Shown piece after piece: positions 37,695-46,114 of a DNA stretch of 64,000 nt. Below the pieces are notes generated by a model. It saw nothing but the letters and a program-made list of their open reading frames with translations. It made no database searches and was not told where the DNA came from. The stretch covers positions 96,001-160,000 of the forward strand of contig CBEUCH010000002.1 of the NCBI GenBank assembly GCA_965541585.1, given 5' to 3'. Made by a program: the position numbers and the translations under genes. The DNA comes from an uncultured bacterium. GTDB lineage: Bacteria > Zixibacteria > MSB-5A5 > UBA10806. Every line of letters begins with the position of its first letter. The stretch's first letter is position 1.

Positions 37695-40600
37695 CTACTT
37701 AATCAATAGCATCTTCTTGGAGGCGTGATAATCATCGGCTTTGATCCTGTAGAAATAGACGCCGGTCGATACCTGATTGCCGGAATCATCATTGCCATCC
37801 CATATGACCGATCGGTAACCGGCAGCCTGACGCTCGTCCACCAGCGTGTGAACGTTCTGCCCGAGGATATTATAGATTTCGATTCTGACATCGGCATCAT
37901 CCGGCAGGCCATAGGAGATCGTGGTAACGGGATTGAACGGATTAGGATAGTTCTGGGAGATGAAGAAATGTTCCGGAACTGCGGGCAAATCGTCGTCCGT
38001 TCCCGTCAGAACCTCCATGGTACCGGAATCGTAGTTGGACGGGAACGACTCGGCATCGCCGTAGTCTCCCGAATAAACAGCGGTCACGTGATACCAGTAA
38101 ACGTCATTATCGGGTACGTTAAAGTCTGTGAAACTTGCCTCGGTAACCGGTTCGTCGTTAAGCATCTCGGTATCGCCGCTCTCCCATTTGGCACGGAGAA
38201 CATTATACCCGTCGATATCCGGATGGACAACAGCGTCCCAGGTCAGCTCTATCCTGTCTCCCAATCCCTCGGAGGCCTCGAGGTTCTCCGGTGCGGGGCA
38301 TCTGGTCATGCTGAAGTCGATTTCACCGGTCGTCATGTCGGCCTCGACATTTATACCTTCCAATGTCATGGGGAAATAGCCTTTAATTTCAGCGGTCACA
38401 TCGGGTGTGCCGGGTGGAACCTCCCTGATCCAGTAGTCGCCCGATTGAGGAGTGATCCTGTACTGGCCGCTGGATGTCGAAATTTTGACATCCTGATTGA
38501 ACCCGAAGTTGGCCAGGTCGACATTACCCATGATGGCTCCCCGGCCGGTATTGGTTGTGATCTTGATAGCCCTGTTACTTGTCAGGGTTGCCGCCCCGGA
38601 GGAGTAAGAGTTGTCGAAAGTATATTCAATTCCCATTAATTGATCAAAACTCTCAAAACCGACCGACGAATAGAGTTCCTGGGAGTCGTTATTGGCTATC
38701 GACTGGTATTGGTAATAGAATTCGGCATCGCCGGTTATGGTCGGATAGTAAGCGGGATCGGTGATAATCATCTCAAATGTCTCGGTGGAGCCGGTATTCC
38801 TGTGTCTCATATGATACCATTCGATAACAAACCTGTGGTTGGCTTCGTCGTGCCAGGTGTAAACTCCGTAGGTACTGCCGGTGTATTCAAGATCGTCCCA
38901 GAACGGGGATATCTGCCCCCGTGCGTTGCCGGGATCGGGGATCGGCCAGTTGGAAAAGTTATACCAGTAGGTACGGCCCTGGTCATAGGGGTCGATGTCG
39001 ACTGCCGCAAACCCGTTGGTGCAAACGATAATATCGTCATATGCCCGTCCGTAGTAAACAAAATCAAAGGGCAGGTTAACCAGGACGGAGTAATCATCCT
39101 GATTGCTGAAATACAGGCGCGTGCCATCGCCTCCGAGGTTCGGTACGATCTCCACCCAGTCGTAAGCCGGTTGTTGAGCATAGCCGGCATCGCTATTATC
39201 GTACATGTAATAACCGTATGCGTCCGGACCAACAGGATCGCTCGGCAGTACGTTGCCCACGGTTACCGTAAACGGTACCGAAGATTGCGCGCCGGCGGAT
39301 GTAACGGTATGCAGAATCAGATTCAGGGTTCTGCCGTCGAAAGTGCCGGCATCGCAGGATATTACCATAGGATCAGCCGAGTTGTTGCCCGAACCGCCCC
39401 CGGGTATTCTGCCGAAACTGCCGCTTTCCGAGATGATGGTGGCATAGTCGTCAGCTGTCGCAACGATAGCGGTAACTCCCTCCGCATCCATGGACCCCAT
39501 GTTCTCAAGGGTGAGGACCATGTCTAACGTTTCACCGGGATCGAGTCTCCCGTTTCCTCCGGGGAACGCCACCATGATAACCCTGAACTTAGGGGCTTCG
39601 ACGGGGATCTCTACAACGGATTGCCATGAATCGCTATTGTTGTCAGTGGCTGTTATCTTCAGCCGGGCCACGTCTCCATACCGGGCATAGGGGTCAATCC
39701 TGATAACAAAGGGGGTTTCCGACGAAGCGGTCTCGCCGGCTGCGATATCGCCAAAGTCGCGAACGGCATCGTATACGTTTGCTAATTCCACATCAATAGG
39801 CTCGAGAACGACATTGACCTCGTATGCGGTCTGGTCGTCGCTGAAGTTCTTCAAATCTACAGAAAGCTCTATTATTTCACCCGGGTTGGCATTTCCGTCT
39901 CCATCACCGGAGGAATAACCGGAATCATCATCGTCGACTGCATGAGAATCGTAGCCCACTGCCAGCTCGCCTCTTGTTAACGTCACGGTGCCCTGGTAAG
40001 GATAGAGATCGCGGCCAGAGACCGTAAGATACATGGTACCGGCCGTGCTTGCATCGAATGAGAATGATATATTGCCGTAGGAATCGGTCTTGCCTACTTC
40101 GAAAACCTCTTCGTCATCCCATGAACCTTTTACCAGCGTAACGTATGCGCCTTCCACGGCTTGTTCGGTGTTGTCGGTGACTATGGCCTGGATATGGTTG
40201 ATGCCCTGACCGAGAGATGGGGGATGAGATACGTTTATGATCCTGGGAACGGCTGTTCTAACCTCCAGTTCAGGATCTCCAAGCATATTGTAGGTGTGAA
40301 AATACTTTCGGATCTCACTATCGACGTAGCGTGGGAATGTATTGTACTGCTGTATCTTTCCCCTGACAGCAGCGGCTGCGAAATGGTAGATGCCTTCGCC
40401 GAAGATGCCCCAGTAGTAACCGGTCATTATGGGGTTGTTCCAACGAGTATGCGTGTCGGGGTCAGATGCTCCGAAAAATGCCGGCCCGCCTTTATAGCTG
40501 GTAGGCGAGGAACCCATCTGGATCCACATCTCTCCGAAACACTGGTTGGAGCCAAAATTGCCTGTTCCGCATACTATGGAGGCCATTACGCCGAGCTTGT

Positions 40601-42029
40601 TATTGTTCTGGATCTGCCCCAGGTTGCCGGTATTGAAACTGGGAGAATACCATCCCGAAGATCCTGCCCAGCCCCTATAACTGACAAAACAGGGCCCACT
40701 ATTGAAATACCCAAGCAAGTAGGGATCGGATTGGCCGGAACTCCAACGGAATGAAGTATCAACGTGCGTGAAACCGTTTTGCAGAAGGAGCTGGCGCACC
40801 CAGAGCACGGTAATCCTCGGAGTGGTGGCGATAACATTTCCGGCCACCGAGAGCCCTCTTAGCCAGTGAGCAGGGTCATCCATATTGGGGGTGGCTTCGT
40901 AGTTAAAGATCTTTGCCAGGCCCACCCTCAGCTGGCTCATATTATCAACCGAGTAACGGCTGACAAAGATATCCGGCAAATAATCGTTGCCGTCCACCAT
41001 CGAATAGTGATGATCAGACGGGTAACCGCTGTATGGATAATCCTCGATACCGGTGTTATAGGTGTTGTCCTCATCTCCGACTATCATGACGTATTCGGGC
41101 GGCACTTCCCACGTCTCATATGCGTCCTGGATGTAATCGAATACCTCGTATTTGGTGGGATTGTCCCCGTTGGGATCGATCTCCGACGTCGGAGCTATGT
41201 AAACCGAGTATCCCTTTTTATGTTTCCAATCCGCCAGGGCCCGCAGTGTATCTACGAACATGTCTTTGGCCAGTATGAGATATCCTCCGCGGCGGACCTC
41301 GGTGGTGGAGAATAATTCATCGAAGTTAGCCACCATGGATCTATATATCGGATAGAAACCGTCGGACAGATACTCATGCCGGGTTGTTTTCGGGTTCACG
41401 ACGTTATCTCCGGTGAATGAAACCGAAACCGATAGATCGTGATAGACTTTTAGCTGGCGCCTGACGGGATTATATTGCACCGGATACATTGATACCTGAA
41501 CCATTCTCAGATCCCTCATTATCACCGGATCATGTACTTCCGCCAGGTTTCCGGGGTAGAACTCGTCACGGCTGTATGCGTCCTGATCCATCGTAAAAGG
41601 AACAAGTTCCTGTCCGGATTCCAGCTGAGACGGTTGCGTCGGTGCTATATCTACGTCTTCAATGATGTCATAGTCGGAATACTCGATACTGAAATCGATC
41701 CCGGCCTGATCGGGAATGGCGAGATAGGTGGACAAGACCGGCAGGTCCGGCCTGCCTTCCTCAGCTATCTCCCCCGCGAACAGATGATCGGCCTCGGGCA
41801 GTTGAACCTGCTGGTAATCAAGGCCGTTTAAGCTTACGGGCGTCATCCCGACGGCAGGTATTTCAAGATCGAGCTTTGCCTCGATATTATTGCTCTGATC
41901 TACACGTAGCCCGGCAGTCTCGTTTGCGATATCTGATACGATCCTGACCGCCTCAGCAGCGTTCACGGGCGCCATTGACACCGCAGATATCAAAATTGTC
42001 AGGGTTGCGAATCTTAGCATGTCCTTCAT
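37695..42029 (-). CDS. Gingipain-like C25 peptidase with propeptide, Ig-like/FN3-like domains and FlgD-like tail
   Basis: Propeptide (G.PDLP, MRDLR, YNPV), WKHKKG, YVMIVGD, SIVCGTG, YNMLGDPEL and NYPNPFN...WDG. Confidence 0.88.
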   Translation of the reverse strand: MKDMLRFATLTILISAVSMAPVNAAEAVRIVSDIANETAGLRVDQSNNIEAKLDLEIPAVGMTPVSLNGLDYQQVQLPEADHLFAGEIAEEGRPDLPVLSTYLAIPDQAGIDFSIEYSDYDIIEDVDIAPTQPSQLESGQELVPFTMDQDAYSRDEFYPGNLAEVHDPVIMRDLRMVQVSMYPVQYNPVRRQLKVYHDLSVSVSFTGDNVVNPKTTRHEYLSDGFYPIYRSMVANFDELFSTTEVRRGGYLILAKDMFVDTLRALADWKHKKGYSVYIAPTSEIDPNGDNPTKYEVFDYIQDAYETWEVPPEYVMIVGDEDNTYNTGIEDYPYSGYPSDHHYSMVDGNDYLPDIFVSRYSVDNMSQLRVGLAKIFNYEATPNMDDPAHWLRGLSVAGNVIATTPRITVLWVRQLLLQNGFTHVDTSFRWSSGQSDPYLLGYFNSGPCFVSYRGWAGSSGWYSPSFNTGNLGQIQNNNKLGVMASIVCGTGNFGSNQCFGEMWIQMGSSPTSYKGGPAFFGASDPDTHTRWNNPIMTGYYWGIFGEGIYHFAAAAVRGKIQQYNTFPRYVDSEIRKYFHTYNMLGDPELEVRTAVPRIINVSHPPSLGQGINHIQAIVTDNTEQAVEGAYVTLVKGSWDDEEVFEVGKTDSYGNISFSFDASTAGTMYLTVSGRDLYPYQGTVTLTRGELAVGYDSHAVDDDDSGYSSGDGDGNANPGEIIELSVDLKNFSDDQTAYEVNVVLEPIDVELANVYDAVRDFGDIAAGETASSETPFVIRIDPYARYGDVARLKITATDNNSDSWQSVVEIPVEAPKFRVIMVAFPGGNGRLDPGETLDMVLTLENMGSMDAEGVTAIVATADDYATIISESGSFGRIPGGGSGNNSADPMVISCDAGTFDGRTLNLILHTVTSAGAQSSVPFTVTVGNVLPSDPVGPDAYGYYMYDNSDAGYAQQPAYDWVEIVPNLGGDGTRLYFSNQDDYSVLVNLPFDFVYYGRAYDDIIVCTNGFAAVDIDPYDQGRTYWYNFSNWPIPDPGNARGQISPFWDDLEYTGSTYGVYTWHDEANHRFVIEWYHMRHRNTGSTETFEMIITDPAYYPTITGDAEFYYQYQSIANNDSQELYSSVGFESFDQLMGIEYTFDNSYSSGAATLTSNRAIKITTNTGRGAIMGNVDLANFGFNQDVKISTSSGQYRITPQSGDYWIREVPPGTPDVTAEIKGYFPMTLEGINVEADMTTGEIDFSMTRCPAPENLEASEGLGDRIELTWDAVVHPDIDGYNVLRAKWESGDTEMLNDEPVTEASFTDFNVPDNDVYWYHVTAVYSGDYGDAESFPSNYDSGTMEVLTGTDDDLPAVPEHFFISQNYPNPFNPVTTISYGLPDDADVRIEIYNILGQNVHTLVDERQAAGYRSVIWDGNDDSGNQVSTGVYFYRIKADDYHASKKMLLIK

Positions 42030-42062
42030 GAATCCTCCCGAGATTGACTCAACGTAATTCTC

Positions 42063-43424
42063 TTATTGCGAAACCAAATTTTCAAAAATCATCAAGCCCT
42101 CATCCCGATCACAAAGGAAAACGAAATCGGAATCGGCCCAGACACCCTGAGCGTAAGGAGTATCGTATCTCGCTATGACGTGGGCCGAATCGGGCACCGA
42201 GGCGTCGATCACCTTCAGCCCGCTGGCGCCGTCCGCTATGTAGGCGTAATCACCGACAATATGGACATCCCGGGCTCGACCGGAGGTGTTTATCTGAGTT
42301 GCCAGGAGGGGATTATGTCTATCGGTAACGTCCACTACGAAAATCCCCGCCCGGTCGGCGGCGACATAAGCGTAATCCCCCTCGACCCAGATAGAAAGAG
42401 CGCTTCCGGTCAGATCCAGCGAGGAGATCTGCACCGGATTAAGGATATCAGTGTGATCCACGATAATCAATCCCGCCACGCCGTCGGCGATATAGGCATA
42501 TTGGGCGTCCGAAAAGATGCCATTGGCATCGGCAGGCAAATCCATGGAGTGGACTTGAGTAATGTTGGTGGGGAACGGGTCATATATGATTCGATAATAG
42601 CTGTAGTTTGCCGGAGAAACCCCTCTGGAGCGGGCCGCAAATACATACAGGGTGTCCGATATATATGTGGCGTGGATATCTTCGATATTCTGCTGGGCGA
42701 AAGAGGCGTATTCCGGGAAAATGGTATCTCCGATATTGAATACCTGAACATGGGCATCCATGTCCGCCACGAAAACGAATGGGAACGTATCGGCGGGAGC
42801 AACGTAGACTCCTTTGGCGAAATCATCTGCGATGGTGTCAATATTCCTGATCATAAAAGGGCTATTCTTATCCGCTACATCAATAATTGTAAGATCTGCC
42901 TGACCGTCGGCGATGTATGCCGTATCTCCCCGGACGAAAACATCCTGGGCTGTGCCGACGGTATTGATGCTCGATATAAGTTCTATATAGTTTACATAGT
43001 CGCTCTTGAAGAATGTCCGGATTTCGGCGTCCGACCAATCGCCCCAAATATCATCTCCGTTTTCCCCTCTGACCCGCCAGAAATAGCTGTCGTTGGCCAG
43101 TTCCGATAGGGTGGTATACGTGGTGTCGGTCGTCTGAATATCTATGGTCTTGCTGATAAAATTATCGGAGGGTGAAACCTGAAGCTGGTAGCGGACAGCC
43201 ACATCGCCGGGACTCCAGAAGAAAGTTACATTTCCCTCGGTGACAAAAGCGTCAACAGCCGGCGATACCAAGTCAACGGGGGGCGGAATCTCAAGATAAC
43301 GAATGATCACCTTCTCCTCGCCGCACCCGACAGTCATGATAAAAAAGACCATCAGGAACAGGACGGATCGATTGCGAAAGACCCTTGTCAAATCCATGCT
43401 TATCAGTTCATTACAGGGTCTCAT
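42063..43424 (-). CDS. Lipoprotein with FN3-like domain and LVIVD repeats
   Basis: Lipobox TVG-C, 'YQLQVS...YFWRVRG...WS' and AYIADG..GL.IID repeats. Confidence 0.82.
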   Translation of the reverse strand: MRPCNELISMDLTRVFRNRSVLFLMVFFIMTVGCGEEKVIIRYLEIPPPVDLVSPAVDAFVTEGNVTFFWSPGDVAVRYQLQVSPSDNFISKTIDIQTTDTTYTTLSELANDSYFWRVRGENGDDIWGDWSDAEIRTFFKSDYVNYIELISSINTVGTAQDVFVRGDTAYIADGQADLTIIDVADKNSPFMIRNIDTIADDFAKGVYVAPADTFPFVFVADMDAHVQVFNIGDTIFPEYASFAQQNIEDIHATYISDTLYVFAARSRGVSPANYSYYRIIYDPFPTNITQVHSMDLPADANGIFSDAQYAYIADGVAGLIIVDHTDILNPVQISSLDLTGSALSIWVEGDYAYVAADRAGIFVVDVTDRHNPLLATQINTSGRARDVHIVGDYAYIADGASGLKVIDASVPDSAHVIARYDTPYAQGVWADSDFVFLCDRDEGLMIFENLVSQ

Positions 43425-43530
43425 ACTCCCTTCCGGAAAACCGGGCAGATTCCCTCATATACACTAAAGCAACATTCCTCGGGAATAACCACACTGCGAA
43501 TATCCCGAGGAAATATTGCAGCTTCACCTA

Positions 43531-43558
43531 AATATAGATGTTGCCCTGTTATTGTCAA
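43531..43558 (-). promoter_or_regulatory. Promoter of the lipoprotein/C25 operon
   Basis: TTGACA-N16-TATATT on the minus strand. Confidence 0.6.
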
Positions 43559-43797
43559 GTGCGAAGCATCGCGTTCAATGAATAATATCGCAGCATCATG
43601 GTTACAACATGATATGGAGGGTAGAATGTTCCAGAAATAGGATCGGAAGGATTTTTATTTGAGCACAGGTATCCTGTTAACCGGCCGGGGGAGATTTCCC
43701 CGGTCGCAGCAGGGGCATCGTCAATTCTCGAAATCAAGAGATCGCAAAAGCATTCGGATTGAAGCCGGCGACCTCTTTTGCCCTGACCCGGGCAGGT

Positions 43798-44208
43798 TTA
43801 ACTCACCGATGATTTTTGAAGCGATTCTACAGTTTGCTTTATGAGGTTCAATCTCTTTTCCCATTCGAGGGAGACACGGGGCACCTCTTTGCGGGCCTCT
43901 TCCTGATCCACTATTTCCCATCCACTGATGGTTACCTTTAGAATCGTGCGTTTTCCCCTTGGTACGAGATCGCAATTCGTTGTTATGGATACCGCCCTGG
44001 ATTCTCCGCTGAGGGAGAGATGCCTGGGCGGCTTGATGTTTTTGACTCTCAGCGTCTCCTTTGATCCGGAAAACTTCACAAGGCCCCCCTTCTTAAAGCC
44101 GGCCCTGATTTTTGAATCCCAGATGCACCCCGATTTCCCCACGTCAGTAAGGCAAGACCAGACATCTTCCAGGCTTGCCTTGATGGCTACTTCTTTATTG
44201 ATTTCCAT
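43798..44208 (-). CDS. SRPBCC/AHSA1-like domain protein
   Basis: IKASLEDVWSCLTD, IKPPRHLS, T.LKVTISGW and W..RLN.IK. Confidence 0.8.
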   Translation of the reverse strand: MEINKEVAIKASLEDVWSCLTDVGKSGCIWDSKIRAGFKKGGLVKFSGSKETLRVKNIKPPRHLSLSGESRAVSITTNCDLVPRGKRTILKVTISGWEIVDQEEARKEVPRVSLEWEKRLNLIKQTVESLQKSSVS

Positions 44209-44694
44209 TATACGCTCCTCTTTGCTCCGCCGGTTTTCCCATAGTCTTCTGATATTACTGGCAATGTTCCGACGTCATGATGTAATTCGGCAGATTTATG
44301 CCGCCCTGTATATGGTTCAGATCGCATCTTTTGAGTTTCATTTAGTGTGTTCTCACTGTAATCTATGACCTGCAGGCAAGTTCGATTCTGCTATGAAAAA
44401 TACGGTTTCAGATAGCTACCTTTTGGCGGTTATTTTGATCAAAAGATAATCATACCGTTTTAGGTCGAGAATTTTTCAGAAGGAAACCCTGGTGAAAAAA
44501 CGATGCAATTGAGAACAGGTTTCAACCGGCTTTTCCAGTTCTATTTTCCAGCCTCGTGACTGCCGGCCGGATTATTCCTTGACGGCGTTGCAGCGCGGTG
44601 ATATGAACAAAATGCGAATGCGGCGAGAGAGATCTCTGGATCCCTGGCGGCGCCGGCCGCTCTCCGCAAGCATTCTGAGCCGTAAGGAGACCCC

Positions 44695-46029
44695 GTGAAA
44701 GGCGATTTTTCGAGCTTCAATTTCAAGCCCGGCAGCAATTATCTATCGGTATTAAAGCAACAGGGGCGTGTTGATCTCGATTCGGACTGGAATGAACAAG
44801 CCGAGATCTTAAATGAGAAACATAGACAGTTTATTTGCGATATTCTGGGATATCTGGCCGTGCCGCTTTGTCCCAACAAGATTACCCGGGATAACTCAGG
44901 TGCGCTCAGAATAGATAAGTTCAGCAGAGGCCCCGGCGGGATTATCGATTTTTTCATTGGGCGCGGTATCGCTTATATCGGGGGCTATCCATGCTTATTT
45001 GAAAATGATATGATGTTCAGAGCCCAGCCCGATTATCCCGAACCTGAGATTCCGGACGGAGCCGGTGATATACTGGTCTACGTGGAAGCCTGGAACAAGA
45101 CAATCAGCTATATAGACGATGAGACCATCCGGGAATCGGCTCTCGGGGGGCCGGATACCTGCCTCAGAAAGAAACTTTTGGCGCAGGTGAAATTCAAGTA
45201 TGTGTCAGATGATATCGATACGCCCGGGCGGGCCTATAAGTATATTAATGACTCTTTTTCCGGGAACGATTTACTTCTTACGCTGAAAATTGAAGAGACT
45301 GCCCATCAGATTCCAATAGGCTTCGGAGAGGTCGACCCGGGAGGAGGGCTTATACCGGGTAATCTGCATTTTCGGGTTGAGCTTCACCGGGGAGCCGAAT
45401 CCAACGGCGGCTACAGCGAGGGATTTAAATGGTCCGATGAGAACGCCGCCACGGTGGTGAGAGTGTTGAAGGTGGCAGGTAACGACTCGTTGATCGTTGA
45501 GGAGGTGGAGGCCGTAACGGGTGAATCCCTGAAAAACGGGGATTGGGTTGAGATCTCGAATCTTATTACCGAGTATCACCGGGAGGGTGGCCAGATGGCC
45601 AGAATAGAGGCTATAACGCACGATGAAACAGGTCTTCAGGTAACCCTCGATTCCGAGATTCACCCGTTATTGAGGAGATCTCAGGTTGGCGGTAAATCGA
45701 AGTCTGAGTATTTCCTTGCCCCGAGACTGCGCCGGTGGTCAGGATATATTTCACCTGTATCTGCGAAAACGATTCACGACCTGGGACGAGGAATCAAGGC
45801 AAAGTTCCACGACGAAAGCAAAAAAGAGATTTTTCGTCCGGGAGACTACTGGACATTCGCAATACGAGACAGGGCCTATAACAAGCGGTTCGCTCCCAAG
45901 AAGGCGCCTGCGGACGGCATCGAGGTTTATCGTCACCCGCTGGCCATAATCAAATTCAAAGGCAAAAAGCAAATATCGAGGATCATAGACTGCCGGCGGT
46001 TCTTCAAACCGATAGCAGATTTTGATTAG
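44695..46029 (+). CDS. DUF6519-domain protein
   Basis: MKGDFS, KQQGRVDLDSDWNEQ, ALGGPDT, FKWSDENA, RRW and FRPGDYW; AAGGAG SD with GTG start. Confidence 0.8.
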   Translation: MKGDFSSFNFKPGSNYLSVLKQQGRVDLDSDWNEQAEILNEKHRQFICDILGYLAVPLCPNKITRDNSGALRIDKFSRGPGGIIDFFIGRGIAYIGGYPCLFENDMMFRAQPDYPEPEIPDGAGDILVYVEAWNKTISYIDDETIRESALGGPDTCLRKKLLAQVKFKYVSDDIDTPGRAYKYINDSFSGNDLLLTLKIEETAHQIPIGFGEVDPGGGLIPGNLHFRVELHRGAESNGGYSEGFKWSDENAATVVRVLKVAGNDSLIVEEVEAVTGESLKNGDWVEISNLITEYHREGGQMARIEAITHDETGLQVTLDSEIHPLLRRSQVGGKSKSEYFLAPRLRRWSGYISPVSAKTIHDLGRGIKAKFHDESKKEIFRPGDYWTFAIRDRAYNKRFAPKKAPADGIEVYRHPLAIIKFKGKKQISRIIDCRRFFKPIADFD

Positions 46030-46114
46030 ATAAGTTTTCTAATATCAGCGCTTTCCGGATCTTGATCCTATGTTCAGTTTCGATTAGAGACTTACTTTAG
46101 ATATCAACGCACTA

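Noticed and set aside
37725..43109. Long + strand ORFs (304, 295, 197 and 347 aa)
   Set aside because: They are antisense shadows of the C25 and lipoprotein genes with no motifs. The same applies to shadows over pdxS, secD and the cytochrome c gene.
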